Positions 31,701-44,567 of a stretch of 64,000 nt of DNA are shown here, one piece after another. A program made the position numbers and the translations under genes. Source of the stretch: Macrostomum lignano. Its lineage: Eukaryota. The notes under the pieces were generated by a model that searched no databases, had not been told where the DNA came from, and saw nothing but the letters and a program-made list of their open reading frames with translations. Where the stretch lies: positions 248,001 through 312,000 of the forward strand of contig NIVC01000571.1 in assembly GCA_002269645.1 (NCBI GenBank), given 5' to 3'. Positions within the stretch are counted from its first letter, which is position 1, and every line of letters starts with the position of its first letter.

Positions 31701-34120
31701 AGAGAGTTCTAGGGCTCCGCTGGGACTCTATTCAGGATGTCTTCCTCATTCACTTCCAGGATCTGGTTGACAAGGCTATTGCCTCGCCTTCCTCTAAGCG
31801 GTTGATGTTAGGAGTGCTTGCCTCGGTGTACGATCCATTGGGCGTTCTATCGCCTGCTTTGACCGTTGTCAAGGTGCTGTTGCAAAAGCTGTGCGTTCGA
31901 AAGTATGGTTGGGACGACGAACTACCACCAGACATCGCCGAGATTTGGAACCAGTGGTTGCAGTCATTGATGCACTCGCAGTTTGTAATTCCTCGTTATT
32001 TATTCGCCACTCTCGAGTCAGTGCCGACAAAATTGGAGCTGCATGGATTCTGTGACGCCAGTTCATCAGCGTATGCCGCCTGCGTGTATATCAAGGCTTA
32101 TTCGGACACAGGCAAGATTACGACGCAGCTAATTCAGGCAAAAACGCGCGTAGCACCGCTTTCGAATCTTAGTATCGCCCGACTGGAATTGTTGGGAGCT
32201 CTCATTTTGGCGCGTCTGATGCGAATGGTTTCGTCTCAGTTTCCGAAGGTTCCTCGTTATCTCTGGACAGATAGCAGGACGACTCTCTTGTGGATTACGA
32301 ACACAGAAAAACTTCGACCGGTTTTCGTCCAGAATCGCATCAAAGAGATTCGACTTCTAACTTCGACATCTGAATGGCGACATGTTCCGGGGGAGTTGAA
32401 TCCTGCCGACCTGCCGTCTCGCGGCTGTCTGCCGGAACAGCTGCAGAATAATGCTGTGTGGTTAAGCGGTCCCAACTTCCTTCACACTTCCTTCTACCAG
32501 CCTTCGCCTGACGATCTGCAGTTAAGCGTTGCTGCTGAGGACTTCATTACAGGAGTAGTGTCACAAAGTGATGACCAGAGCGAAGGAGCACATGGTACAC
32601 TGAACGTCTCTTCCGTCGTTGACATAAGTAGATTTTCACGTTATTCCCGTTTAGTACGCGTCCTAGCTTGGATAAGGAGATTTGTCAACAACCTTAAAAG
32701 TAGTCTAGTCGGTCAGACGACTAACAGAGCAGTAGCACTGACAGCACAAGAGCTCAATACTGCAGAAGAGCTTTTGTTGATGTCAGTTCAACGACAAGAA
32801 TTTTCAAAAGAAATTTGTCACATTCAGAATGGTTCGGCGGCCACACCACTAAATAGAGATTTGAATCTTTGGCTGGACGAAGTTGGTCTGTTGCGTTCGC
32901 GCGGTCGGATTTCGGTGATGTCCTTCGATGTAAACAATCCGATCTTAGTGCCTCGACACAGTCCGTTAGAGCAGCTCATAATTCGAAACGCTCATCAGGC
33001 AGTTGCTCACGAAGGAGTCGCGTCGACGCTATGTAAGGTCCGTGAAAAGTACTGGATCGTGAAAGGCCGTCAGCGAACAAAGCAGGAATTGTCGAAGTGC
33101 GTAGTGTGTAAAAAGATTCAAGGACGCTCCTACACAGTGCCTCAGATTTCTCAGTTACCGGACTTTCGTCTTGCCGATATTCGACCTTTTCAATCCGTCG
33201 GCATTGATTATTGTGGTCCGATGTTCTATCGGACGGGGGAGGATGGTAGTGAAACGGGAAAAGCGTATGTACTACTGTTCACGTGCTCCTCCACTCGCGC
33301 AATTCATCTAGAACTACTTTCTGATATGACTACAGCTCAGTTCTTGAACGGCTTACGACGATTTGTCAGTCGGAGAGGAATACCTTCCATTATCAGTGAT
33401 AACGCAAAGACATTCAAGGCCGCTGCAAGGATTCTAGGAGCAAGCACCAGTTACGAAGTTCAATCGTTCTGTGCTAACAAGAGAATATCGTGGGCGTTCA
33501 TTCCTGAAAAGGCTCCCTGGTGGGGAGGATTCTGGGAAAGGCTCGTCTGTATGGTAAAAGACGGCCTTCGAAAGAGCATTGGCAAAGCTTTACTAACATT
33601 TGATGAACTATCCACTTCGGTTATCGAAGTCGAATCCATTGTAAACAGCAGACCACTGGTCTACGTATCGGCAGATGAGATCAACGACGTGTTGACACCA
33701 GCTCACTTTCTGATTGGAACTCGGTTGACGCAAGAGCCGCTTAGATCCGAATATTCGAAGAATGTTGAACACTTTCTACCATTGCCGGTTCGTCTGAAGC
33801 ATTTGAGAAGAGCGTTGAACGTCTTTTGGGATGCTTGGAAAGCGTCGTACGTCACGGCCCTTCGTGAAAAGGCGTTTCATTCGCAGAAGGGAGGAACAGT
33901 TGCAAAGGTCGGAGACGTCGTTCTGATCCACGGAGAGCCTCATCAGCCGAGAATGCAGTGGAAGATGGGCGTTGTGGAGTCTGTCGTAGTTGGTCGTGAT
34001 GGTGCTGTTCGGTCGGCCGTGGTCCGAGTGTCGAAGGAGAGGGGCTCTCGAGGAGCCGAGCGCGTCAGACGGCCAGTTCAGGCTCTCATCCCTCTGGAAT
34101 TCACTGTCTCTTCTATCTGA
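28784..34120 (+). CDS. BEL/Pao Gag-Pol polyprotein (1778 aa, intact)
   Basis: Gag FDG..W..YWDQF, three CCHC knuckles, protease LMDTAS, RT YVDN, RNase H FCDAS, integrase H-H-C-C + GIDYCGP/SDNAKTF/WERLV. Confidence 0.97.
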   Translation: MEEAIRRRAAIRSVVTRTINRAEKWLTAGSSQDVKSTAEAEACIDTLKEKLTMMEELDLEIQEQTEKEKLSREEEEADEYAFRCRKYLKLLEKVLSNTAHAVVSTPHVKLPKRQVPTFDGTVTSWQTYWDQFSSSVDSNGQLSDVDKFNYLLDSLSESAKSCIRGLSVTSANYKVAIELLRERFGKTDLVVRSLMNQLSDITLSDVSLTGLHSFHDDLAAAVRSLEVQGVPSSAYETLLLPNLLRKIPEDFRLELMKLASLSKTKIDSMAVLLELLQTEVQIRENVAVGGITKPNNSDTSRPIHQPKSSVATLAVQSHLGRKGNAKVFCTYCGSDHVSESCNRLASVTARIEFLKKEQRCFRCLRTGHSARSCGDTRRCRNCHGHHHVSVCYSGQTNGPGSGNDKMKAQHGETTARSGTGGGNVPDKVRFDSKKKEFKPKLQTGSTNTAQSEPASIASTEGNLALSMFISRNPAIALPVAKAILLSPDGRRELLVRVLMDTASNRSYIREDVCDLLQFERSSEESLRVAAFSGIATTMDSSRVRFSLRKIDSFELIKLEANVVKQICQPHGSIIIDSFGHLRDLDLADPYDPRDVNTPISILVGSDQYFEIVGDSVIRGNAGPAAISSKLRFLLCGPLAAAESVKDQQTVSADQVECSAAQTLCCSAPVDDLSSFWRLEALGICERQEDAAESSFNCHPELENGRYTVKLPWKYPEGSVPLRDHFDMAYKRLSTTLRALRKEPETLMKYSEIISEQEASGIIEKVPEEDLGNKNCHYLPHHHVTKADSEFTRLRIVFDGSAKSRGGDVSINNLLHVGPTDVPLIPEILMRFRINPIAVTGDIEKAFLQIAIETQDRDYLRFLWTLPSEPNNVFHYRFCRLPFGLTCSPGILRATVVQHLDFHQQTFPTTVNVIRRDLYVDNLVTSCKSLTEALQLYQDTKVIFKSAGMNMRQWKSNSDSFNRSVPGQDVGHAERVLGLRWDSIQDVFLIHFQDLVDKAIASPSSKRLMLGVLASVYDPLGVLSPALTVVKVLLQKLCVRKYGWDDELPPDIAEIWNQWLQSLMHSQFVIPRYLFATLESVPTKLELHGFCDASSSAYAACVYIKAYSDTGKITTQLIQAKTRVAPLSNLSIARLELLGALILARLMRMVSSQFPKVPRYLWTDSRTTLLWITNTEKLRPVFVQNRIKEIRLLTSTSEWRHVPGELNPADLPSRGCLPEQLQNNAVWLSGPNFLHTSFYQPSPDDLQLSVAAEDFITGVVSQSDDQSEGAHGTLNVSSVVDISRFSRYSRLVRVLAWIRRFVNNLKSSLVGQTTNRAVALTAQELNTAEELLLMSVQRQEFSKEICHIQNGSAATPLNRDLNLWLDEVGLLRSRGRISVMSFDVNNPILVPRHSPLEQLIIRNAHQAVAHEGVASTLCKVREKYWIVKGRQRTKQELSKCVVCKKIQGRSYTVPQISQLPDFRLADIRPFQSVGIDYCGPMFYRTGEDGSETGKAYVLLFTCSSTRAIHLELLSDMTTAQFLNGLRRFVSRRGIPSIISDNAKTFKAAARILGASTSYEVQSFCANKRISWAFIPEKAPWWGGFWERLVCMVKDGLRKSIGKALLTFDELSTSVIEVESIVNSRPLVYVSADEINDVLTPAHFLIGTRLTQEPLRSEYSKNVEHFLPLPVRLKHLRRALNVFWDAWKASYVTALREKAFHSQKGGTVAKVGDVVLIHGEPHQPRMQWKMGVVESVVVGRDGAVRSAVVRVSKERGSRGAERVRRPVQALIPLEFTVSSI

Positions 34121-35596
34121 GCTCGATGTCTTTGCTTCTCTTGGTTTACACTTTCTTATTTGCCTTGATCGAATCTAATGTGTTTTTTTTTGTCGATCAT
34201 TTTGCCACCAATTATTCATGGAATTCTTCGTTATCGTTTCGTTTCGTTGCGTTTTTTGTTGTTGTTTTTTGTTGTTTCGCTAATCTCGCAAAGCTTCCTT
34301 TTTTGGTCGTTTCTGACGCTCTTTTTGTTTTTTTTTTCTTTCCGACAGAAATGACAACGAGGTCTTTGTCATTTGGGGGAGTGTAGCGACTTTCTTCATT
34401 TGTTCCACCTTCTCGCGTATGTTTGTATGTCTTAATTCTGATTGGCTGCCTCTCTGTGCTTATCTCTATCTCTGCCTTCTCTGCCTTCTGGTCGCACCTT
34501 GTACCCACTCCCCATTGCACGCTTATTTGCTCTTCGTTATCATTTTTCTACCCCCTCGCGCTCTCGTGCTCTAATCATTCACCCCCGTCTCTTATCGTGA
34601 ATGCACCCCCCCCCTAATTTAGGCAATGTCTTATAAATATATGAATTTTGGGCCCTGCGCCCTCTCCTGCTGGTTTGTGTAGTTCAATTCCAATAAAAAT
34701 CTGTCTGTGTTTACTGATATTAATTACACCTTCTTTTTGATCATATTGCCTACCTCACTACCTATCCTATCACCTAACTCATCACCTACCACATCACTTG
34801 CCACATCACTTATCACATCACCTACCGTATCACCTACTTTATCCACCGCATCATTTGCGGCCTCGAAAGCATTCGTAATTGCGTCGAACATGATGTGGGT
34901 CGAATGCTGCTCGAATTTCTAGTAGCGTTCACAAAGGCAGCTTGCGGGTTCGCTTGAATTCGGTAGACATGCGTCACTCACGGAAGGAATTTCTCCTTCT
35001 TCAGTTTGTTCTGTTTTGTTTTGTTTTTCTCGACTGGATGGAAAGACCAGAGCTATTAAGATGCATATGCGGTCCCTCGTTAACAAGGGCAGGGCGCATA
35101 AACAGGTGCAGCTGCTTTAATTAGAAACTATGTACCTTATTACTGTGCCAGTGGTTTATTTAGAAGTGAGCGCAAAACACCTCAAAACTGTGCTTTGAAA
35201 AGTGCATGCACAGCTCTTCCAGGCGAAGTTCCACATCTATTTTTGCTTTGCGTCTCAACAGGCAAAGCAAGGCAATGCAAACCATTTCTAAGAAACTATA
35301 ATGCTAGCCTTGTAAGCATCATGCGAAATACACAGTTGCAAAAATCACTAAGATGAGTGAACTGAAGCAATATAGAGTTAAGTAGTGTCTTTATCAAGGA
35401 TACCAATTGTTCCAGCGGGATCAAGAATAGAACCCCCAACCTTCAAACGCGAGTCCGATGCTCTAACCACTAGGTCACAACCCCCGACACACACAAGCTG
35501 ACACAGGCACAGAGACACAGGCACAGGCACAGGAACACAGGCACAGGTCCAGGAACACAGGCACAGGTCCAGGAACACAGGCACAGGAACACAGTC

Positions 35597-37569
<1,973 letters not shown>

Positions 37570-37885
37570 ACTCTGCGAAAGCATTCACCCCCATTGGCGG
37601 GAGGTAGGGAGGCATGGAACCTCAGTGAGAAATGGTTTCCTCAAAGATTTTATCCGAGCACAATAGAAATGCCAGCCAGCCATTTGCTGAGACATCGCTG
37701 CCACCGTAATGATTTTCTGGGAGTTAATGGAGAAATGAATGTGACCGTTTTATTAGATCAGCAAAAGGGCCTGTCAACTTAAGCTTATAAAGTGGGGCCC
37801 GAACCTATGTAGCTCGTACACAAAAGATATGTCATTCGTCTCACAGTGACACCAGGAAGCTGGATTTGGCAAAAAGTTACAAAAA

Positions 37886-38003
37886 TTGGACTTGGGATAG
37901 GAGAGAACAAGCAAAGACAATTAGGGACTCCACCTTATGAGCATAAGTTTACATAATGGTCCCTAATTGTCCACTTGCTTGTTCTCTCCTATCCCAGGTC
38001 CAA
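37886..38003. repeat. ~44-bp-arm imperfect inverted repeat (foldback)
   Basis: TTGGACTTGGGATAGGAGAGAACAAGCAA..ACAATTAGGGAC / GTCCCTAATTGT..TTGCTTGTTCTCTCCTATCCCAGGTCCAA. Confidence 0.8.
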
Positions 38004-38974
38004 TGTTTGTGCACATGTACGAGATGGATAAAACATTTCAGAGTTTTGGCAGAGCGGGTTTATGACATTGGCGGCCGCCCATATGGATATAAACAAACCA
38101 ACGATTCTGTGGCTGTTTAATCCGCATTCAGTCCGTTGGTAGGGCCTGCGCAAACCTTTTGCAGTTTTACAGTTTTTGCGTAGATTAAATGAAACTGGTG
38201 TTTGTTCATATTTTAAAATGGATTTTGTTTACGCTCGTATTCTGCTTAGGCAGTATTTGCATATCATGTGGATATGAAAGCCTTGCTTATAAAATGTGCA
38301 CAAATTATGCTTTTTGCTATTAACATATTCTCTCTATTTGTGAATAATTAGATTTTTAATAACTCGTAATTATTGTAACACAGGAAGCACAGCTTTGTAA
38401 ATACACATCTTTTACGAGCGTAGAACAACTGCCAAACAAAAGCGATTCTGAAACAATTAACAATTGGAATGGGTAGGTGATGTAGCTCGTAATGGCGGTC
38501 GTAAAAATGAAGGATTTTCAGTCGGAGATGCTCCACACAAAGATTTCAATAGCCTAGAGGACCATGGTATTTGAAGTAGACATGGAGAGTGTACCGGTAC
38601 ATAATCATATTAGTACGAGCAGACATTGAGAATATACATCTCTAGAGTGTTATGGACAAGCAAGCAATCAAGAAAGCATACAAACCTTAGTATATTGTGA
38701 TGATTAGCGATTAACTATCTGTAGATTGCAGTCTCTATAGCCTTACAGACGGGCAGACTGAAATACCGGTCAGACAGATCTTAGAGATTCAAGTATATAG
38801 TGATTAAGATTTAGTATATTTAGATTACATGCAAAAAAACCGACAGATTAGAGTTACTCGTAGTAAAGGTAGATTACGAGCTACTGACTTTTGCAAGTAG
38901 TAGTATAATAAGGTTTTTTGCGTCAAGAATCGGAAATCGACCATTAAATACGAGTCCGTACGTGCTACTTAGAC

Positions 38975-39166
38975 TCAATAAATTTTTTGCCATGCTTGCC
39001 GACCGTGTAGGCTGTTTGGCAGTTATTCACAATCTTCCCTCCATTGGCCACCGCCTCAACCACGCAGGAGGCCGTCGACTTGGACACGGTCTCCGTGATC
39101 TCCATTGTAGTCTGTTTGGCCGTGAATACGGCAGCTTCCTTGGTGACCGCCTTGGTTACGTGGACC
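38975..39166 (-). pseudogene. Orphan family copy C, deleted fragment
   Basis: Matches parts of copy A (~23925-23985 and ~24300-24428), followed by the upstream noncoding block shared with ~25127 and ~35087. Confidence 0.75.
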
Positions 39167-39484
39167 GGCAGGGCGCATAAACAGGTTCAGCTGCTTTTAT
39201 TGAAAACTAAGTACATTTATTGCTGTGCGACCAGCTCATTAAGAAGTGCGTGCAAAGCACGGGAAACTGCACTTTGAAAAGTGCCAATGAAACTTCTATG
39301 TTCTTCTAGGCGAAGTTCGACATCTATTTAACTGCTTCGCGTCTTTACGGGCAAGGCTGAACGCATCTTGCTAACCATTTCTAAGAAAATTTAATGCCAC
39401 CCATGCGAGCATCATGCGAAATTTAAGCCTTCGAAATTACGATTCCGACACAGTTGCAATCACACACTACAGATTGCACATATT

Positions 39485-39720
39485 GCACACTGATGATGCT
39501 GGCATTGCACACTGATGATGCTGGCATTGCACACTGATGATGCTGGCATTGCACACTGATGATGCTGGCATTGCACACTGATGATGCTGGCATTGCACAC
39601 TGATGATGCTGACATTGCACACTGATGATGCTGGCATTGCACACTGATGATGCTGGCATTGCACACTGATGATGCTGGCATTGCACACTGATGATGCTGG
39701 CATTGCACACTGATGCTGCA
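39485..39720. repeat. 22-bp tandem repeat GCACACTGATGATGCTGGCATT
   Basis: ~10 direct copies. Confidence 0.95.
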
Positions 39721-40344
39721 TGCCATGTCAGACCAGGCCATGCTGGACAAGCCAAGTGGCTTGGAGCACAGATCTTTAAAGAAGACAGCCAAATACATGT
39801 AAAGCAGCAGACCATTGCGGATTGCTGCGGAATTCCCAGAAGACTTTGGCCGGTAACCCATGGCCTCACCACCCCGCCCAGCTCAAAGCAGCAGGCCTCC
39901 GTTAAGCCTCGAATCGATCTTGGAAATCTCTCGGATTTGCTCGGCGAGCTCGCAGGGAAACTTAACGCCGGAATTCGGCAAAAGTGCAGGTGATTCAGGC
40001 GGGGGTCACCGAGACTCGAATGTTCGGGCCGCGAGGGCGGAGCCGCGGGCCCGCTTTGATGAATGGCCGGCGTGACTGGAGGCCGCCGCGGGCTGTCAGC
40101 GCACAGCGGAATCCACGGCCTGGGCAGCCGCTGCACCGCCGCACCGAGACCACCAAAGCGATACTGACAGCCTCTGATATTTACAAGCCCCCGTCTGGCC
40201 GGCCAGCTGCTTCCAGATGCTGGGCTGGCATTTCAGAATAGCGCCAGGCAGCCCGCGTACTGACCGACCTCTCCGAGACAAAGTCCAGTGTACTTTTGTT
40301 TACCTTTGCAATGGTCTGCATAGCTTGTTATTGTAGGAATGACT

Positions 40345-40865
40345 GGCGCACACTGCACCAGTCTCGGTGTGTGACACACTGCAGCACAGACTGCACCAGT
40401 CTCGGTGTGTGACACACTGCAGCACAGACTGCACCAGTCTCAGTGTGTGACACACTGCAGCACAGACTGCACCAGTCTCGGTGTGTGACACACTGCAGCA
40501 CAGACTGCACCAGTCTCAGTGTGTGACACACTGCAGCACAGACTGCACCAGTCTCAGTGTGTGACACACTGCAGCACAGACTGCACCAGTCTCAGTGTGT
40601 GCAGACACTGCAGCACAGACTGCACCAGTCTCAGTGTGTGACACACTGCAGCACAGACTGCACCAGTCTCAGTGTGTGCAGACACTGCAGCACAGACTGC
40701 ACCAGTCTCAGTGTGTGCAGACACTGCAGCACAGACTACACCAGTCTCAGTGTGTGCAGACACTGCAGCACAGACTGCACCAGTCTCAGTGTGTGCAGAC
40801 ACTGCAGCACAGACTGCACCAGTCTCAGTGTGTGCAGACACTGCACTGCAGTGACACTGCAGCAC
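40345..40865. repeat. 38/39-bp tandem repeat (CACAGACTGCACCAGTCTCAGTGTGTG...)
   Basis: ~13 copies in two length variants. Confidence 0.95.
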
Positions 40866-41629
40866 AGACTGAACTTTAGCCAAAATGAGCCTCTGGGCGA
40901 GCAGAGCAGCTGGGCGCAATGCATAAAACATCACACAAATTTCTGGGCAGTCAGCTCGCAGATTTGAGCTGCTCTCTCTCTCTCAAATGGCCCCCAGGAG
41001 GCCGGCGGAGACCTCAGAGCGCCGTGTTTGTCCAGCGGCCCGCCCGAGCCGCCCTCTCAGGGAGATGCTGACTTTGGCGTGAAGAATTTCCTGACCGGAA
41101 TAGAGTACGGGCCGCTCTCGGCATTTATTCGGTACAAAGTCAGCTCATATTTGCCAGTTTAGAATAACAAATGAATATTTATCGGAAATTATTTCGTTAT
41201 CTCAGCAGGCATAGCGAGGCCCGAGTCAAGTAAATAAGTGAAATCCAATGCTGATGGAGCAGCAAGCAGCGCTTAATCTATATAGCAGTCCTTGTCTCAG
41301 CTGTCAGGCTCAGGGAATTTCCGGAAGCTCCGGGAATGCCAGAATCTCGAGCTGCCAGTCGAGTCGCAAGGGGCTCTATCAGTCCGACCCGATTCCAGCC
41401 TCTCGAATCTCCCGAAGCCTCATCAAACTATCAAATCCCCATGCCTTGTAGGCCTCATCGACAAACCATCTACGCTCATCAAGCTTCAAACAGGAATCGC
41501 AGACGACAAAAGTTTTCTAATTTTAGCTCGCTATTTTAAGTGAAAAATTTCTTTCAAGCTTATATAGCAGCTTCATCAAACTCGCTCAGCGTCATCGGGA
41601 CGCCCTATGATTTATAAAGCTCAAAACAT

Positions 41630-41810
41630 GCAGCTTCATCAAGCTACCCCGACAGCTTCATCAAGCTACCCTAACAACTTCATCAAGCTACTCCAAACAG
41701 CTTCATCAAGCTACCCCAAACAGCTTCATCAAGCTACTCCAAACAGCTTCATCAAGCTACCCCAAACAGCTTCATCAAGCTACCCCAACAGCTTCATCAA
41801 GCTCCCCACA
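41630..41810. repeat. CAGCTTCATCAAGCTACCCCA-type tandem repeat
   Basis: ~8 copies just 3' of the channel gene. Confidence 0.85.
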
Positions 41811-41840
41811 GCCTCATCATCCAAAGCCCCATCAGCCACT

Positions 41841-43484
41841 TCAAATTTCTGAGCCGGCCGTCCCGTCTTCATCAGCTTCATCGGCGGTGTCGGCAGGCGG
41901 TCGCCTCAGCGGCAGGCCGTCGGTGCTGTTGACGGCGGCGCCGGCAGCCGCAGCGGGGAGCCGCAGCAGCTGCAGGAAGGCGAGCTCCACCAGCTCGAAG
42001 GCCACGGTGAGGGTGACGCCCAGCGTGAGGCTGCCGACGCCGCCCAGCCGGCTGAGCAGGGCGCTCAGGGTGATGACCGGCTGCTCGCTGTGCTCCAGCG
42101 TCATGTAGGTCGCCCTGGCAACCGTCACCAAAGCCAAGTCGTCGGCTGGCAGGCCGACCTCGGCCTCTTCTTCCAGTTCGACGTAGTCGAGCGGACGCTG
42201 GCCTGTCCGCTGGCGCCGCAGCTGCGCCATCTGGGTGGCGCCGGGGCGCCAGCCGCAGTTTGACTGCTCAACCAAGTAGCGCCAGTGCACGCAGCGCCTG
42301 CGGCATGGTTGGCCCAGCTGCCCGCTAGCTTCATCCTCGCCGTCAGAGCCGGAGCGCTGCTCGCTGTACACTCGGTCCAGGCTGATGTTTCTGGCACAGG
42401 CGGTCCTGGCGAGGAGGCCGTCGGGACCTTCAAGATCTAGCCGGCTGCAGTAGGGCAGCAGCTGCAGGTCCAGCGGGCGGGGACTGATGTGGAAGGCGGA
42501 GGTGCAGTTGCAGTGGTGCGCGATAAAGCTGCTGATGCTCTGGGCGATGCAGGCATCGTAGGTGTAGTTGAAGACGGTCTCGCCGGCCTGGCTGATGCGG
42601 GGCGCGGCGGGCAGCTCGGTGGCCTCGATGCAGTCGGTCTTGGGACTGCGGTACTTGATGAAGCGCTCGGGCCGGTAGCGGATGGTGCTGGCGGTGCCCG
42701 GCTGCACATTGTACTGCTCGTAGTCGATGTTGGGGAAGGTGCCGGGCTCGTGCAGCACGATGGCCAGCCCCACGGCCTCGTGGAATAGGTTGTAGGCCTG
42801 CTGCGGGCCGAGATCCGCCGACGGGCTGGCGTTGAAGCCGCCGGCCGCCATCACCATGGAGACGCTGCTGACGTAGGCAGGGTCCTCGCTGACCTGCAGC
42901 TCGTAGCAGTTGAAGTAGAGCGGGTGCAGGATGCGGCGGACGCGGAAGCGGCACTCCTCCTCGTGCGCCACGGACGGGTTGGTGTTGCGGCTGTGGCGCA
43001 TCACGCAGAGCAGCAGCAGGTCGCCGAACCGGTGGCCGAGCTGGCGGACCTCGGTCGGCCGCAGGTTCTGGAAGTAAGAGGACACTCGGTCGTTCTGGAA
43101 CAGATCGGCTGCGTCCGCGGCGCGCCCGCTGGCAGCGAGGCTGTCGACGGCGTCGCGCAGCCGGCGGGAGAAGTCGATCGGGCTGGGGACGCGGCCGCTG
43201 GCCCAGAGCTGCGCGGCGCGGGGCGAGAAGGGCTGGTGGGAGCAGACAGTGATGCTGGGGAACAGAGACGGGTCGTTGGCCAGCTGGTCCGTCTGCAGGC
43301 TGACGTGGTACTCGAAGTACTCGCTGACCAGATAGTAGGAGTTGACGCCGAGTAGGCAGAGCATGCTGAGCACGAAGCCGGCCCACAGCAGCCTCAGGAA
43401 GGGGTGCTGGTCCGGCCGCACCAGCCGGCCAAAGCCGCGGAGGCTGGTGCCGCTGGCAAACTGGCGCAGGCAGCTGGTTGCCAT
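41841..43484 (-). CDS. DEG/ENaC/ASIC-family ion channel subunit, intronless, 547 aa
   Basis: FASGTSLRG + TM1 (LLWAGFVL..LGVNSYYLVSEYFEY), FPSITVC, YFNCY, GLAIVLHEPG, Cys-rich thumb (C..NCTS..C), TM2 LLSRLGGVGSLTLGVTL..FELVE. Confidence 0.9.
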   Translation of the reverse strand: MATSCLRQFASGTSLRGFGRLVRPDQHPFLRLLWAGFVLSMLCLLGVNSYYLVSEYFEYHVSLQTDQLANDPSLFPSITVCSHQPFSPRAAQLWASGRVPSPIDFSRRLRDAVDSLAASGRAADAADLFQNDRVSSYFQNLRPTEVRQLGHRFGDLLLLCVMRHSRNTNPSVAHEEECRFRVRRILHPLYFNCYELQVSEDPAYVSSVSMVMAAGGFNASPSADLGPQQAYNLFHEAVGLAIVLHEPGTFPNIDYEQYNVQPGTASTIRYRPERFIKYRSPKTDCIEATELPAAPRISQAGETVFNYTYDACIAQSISSFIAHHCNCTSAFHISPRPLDLQLLPYCSRLDLEGPDGLLARTACARNISLDRVYSEQRSGSDGEDEASGQLGQPCRRRCVHWRYLVEQSNCGWRPGATQMAQLRRQRTGQRPLDYVELEEEAEVGLPADDLALVTVARATYMTLEHSEQPVITLSALLSRLGGVGSLTLGVTLTVAFELVELAFLQLLRLPAAAAGAAVNSTDGLPLRRPPADTADEADEDGTAGSEI

Positions 43485-43861
43485 GGCAGCCCGTTGCTAT
43501 GGAGATCAAATTTTTTAGAAGTCCGTTGCTACAGCCGTTGAAATCTGTCCCCCCCTGGTCAGAAAGTGCATCGAATTCATACGCGTGCGAGCGCCCCGCC
43601 CTGATTAGAACAAAGTCGAGAAGTTGACGAGATTGGCTCGCTGCGAACTGGGACCCTGGAATTGGCGGAGCCGGCCCTCGGCCCCTCGACTGCAGGCACT
43701 GGCCGCACTTCTGGCTTCATATTTCTTCTAACTCTAACTTACGAGTATCAGGCAGCCAATTTGTCAGCTCATCGAGTTGCCGTAAATCGGGGTCAGTGAG
43801 TTCGAATATAATGACTTCGCTTAGGACAGAACTAATTGCGTGCAGTCTGTGCCAAGTCAAT

Positions 43862-44330
43862 GGGTCAGTGAGGGACTGGGTCAGTGAGGGACTGGGTCAG
43901 TGAGGGACTGGGTCAGCGAGGGAATGGGTCAGTGAAGGAATGGGTCAGTGAGGGGATGGGTCAGTGAGGAGCTGGGTCAGTCAGGGAATGGGTCAGTGAG
44001 GGACTGGGTCAGTCAGGGACTGGGTTAGTGAGAGAATGGGTCAGTGAGGGACTGGGTCGTCAGTGAGGGGATGGGTCAGTGAGGGAATGGGTCAGTGAGG
44101 GGATGGGTCAGTGAAGGAATGGGTCAGTGAGGGGATGGGTCAGTGAGGGGATGGGTCAGTGAGGGAATGGGTCAGTGAGGGGATGGGTCAGTGAGGGGAT
44201 GGGTCGGTGAGGGAATGGGTCAGTGAGGGAATGGGTCAGTGAGGGAATGAGTCAGTGTGGGACTGGGTCAGTGAGAGAATGGGTCAGTGAGGGACTAAGT
44301 CAGTGAGGGACTGAGTCGTCAGTGAGGGGG
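43862..44330. repeat. ~15-bp GGGTCAGTGAGGGA(A/C)T tandem repeat
   Basis: ~30 variant copies. Confidence 0.92.
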
Positions 44331-44567
44331 TGAGGCACTGAGGGAATTGGTAAGTAGGGGATTAATTGCTAACAGACAACTCAGAATCCACAGCAAAAGT
44401 TGGTCAATCACCAAGTTCACCATATGTACCCCGTTGAAGCGCAACAAGCAAAAATTGGAATTTTAAAGTTTCCAATCAGAACTTCATCATCCGCTGACTT
44501 TGCCAATCAGAGTAATTTTGCCCCGCGGATAACGAACTGCGCACAGCCGGCCACCACGGACAGATCA

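Larger units (their letters stand above)
27815..34728 (+). mobile_element. Full-length BEL/Pao LTR retrotransposon with 5-bp TSD (CCTTC)
   Basis: 347-bp TG...CA LTRs at 27815-28161 and 34382-34728 with no difference that I could see; PBS TGGCGCCCGAACA 28162; purine tract before the 3' LTR; TSD 27810-27814 / 34729-34733. Confidence 0.97.
27529..34891 (-). pseudogene. Orphan family copy B (147 aa when restored), split by the BEL/Pao insertion: 34891..34729 + 27809..27529
   Basis: MFDAITNAFEAANDAVDKVGD...NMIKKK|VKTAARKGVYAGAGLIGGP...GKNLAEENYLQAG; removing the element plus one CCTTC copy restores the frame. Confidence 0.8.

Noticed and set aside
39485-39720. Multimeric hammerhead array (CTGATGA in each unit)
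   Set aside because: No GAAA half-core or stem II. The CTGACGA-containing repeat at 53575-54235 also shows no hammerhead fold.
39720-40300. Possible exon or RT fragment (AKWLGAQIF...) between two satellites
   Set aside because: No convincing family motif or splice partner; left unannotated.
42430-43509. 359-aa and other overlapping ORFs at the DEG/ENaC locus; + strand ORF 51922..52752
   Set aside because: Shadow ORFs from GC-rich codon usage of the real genes; no recognisable motifs.
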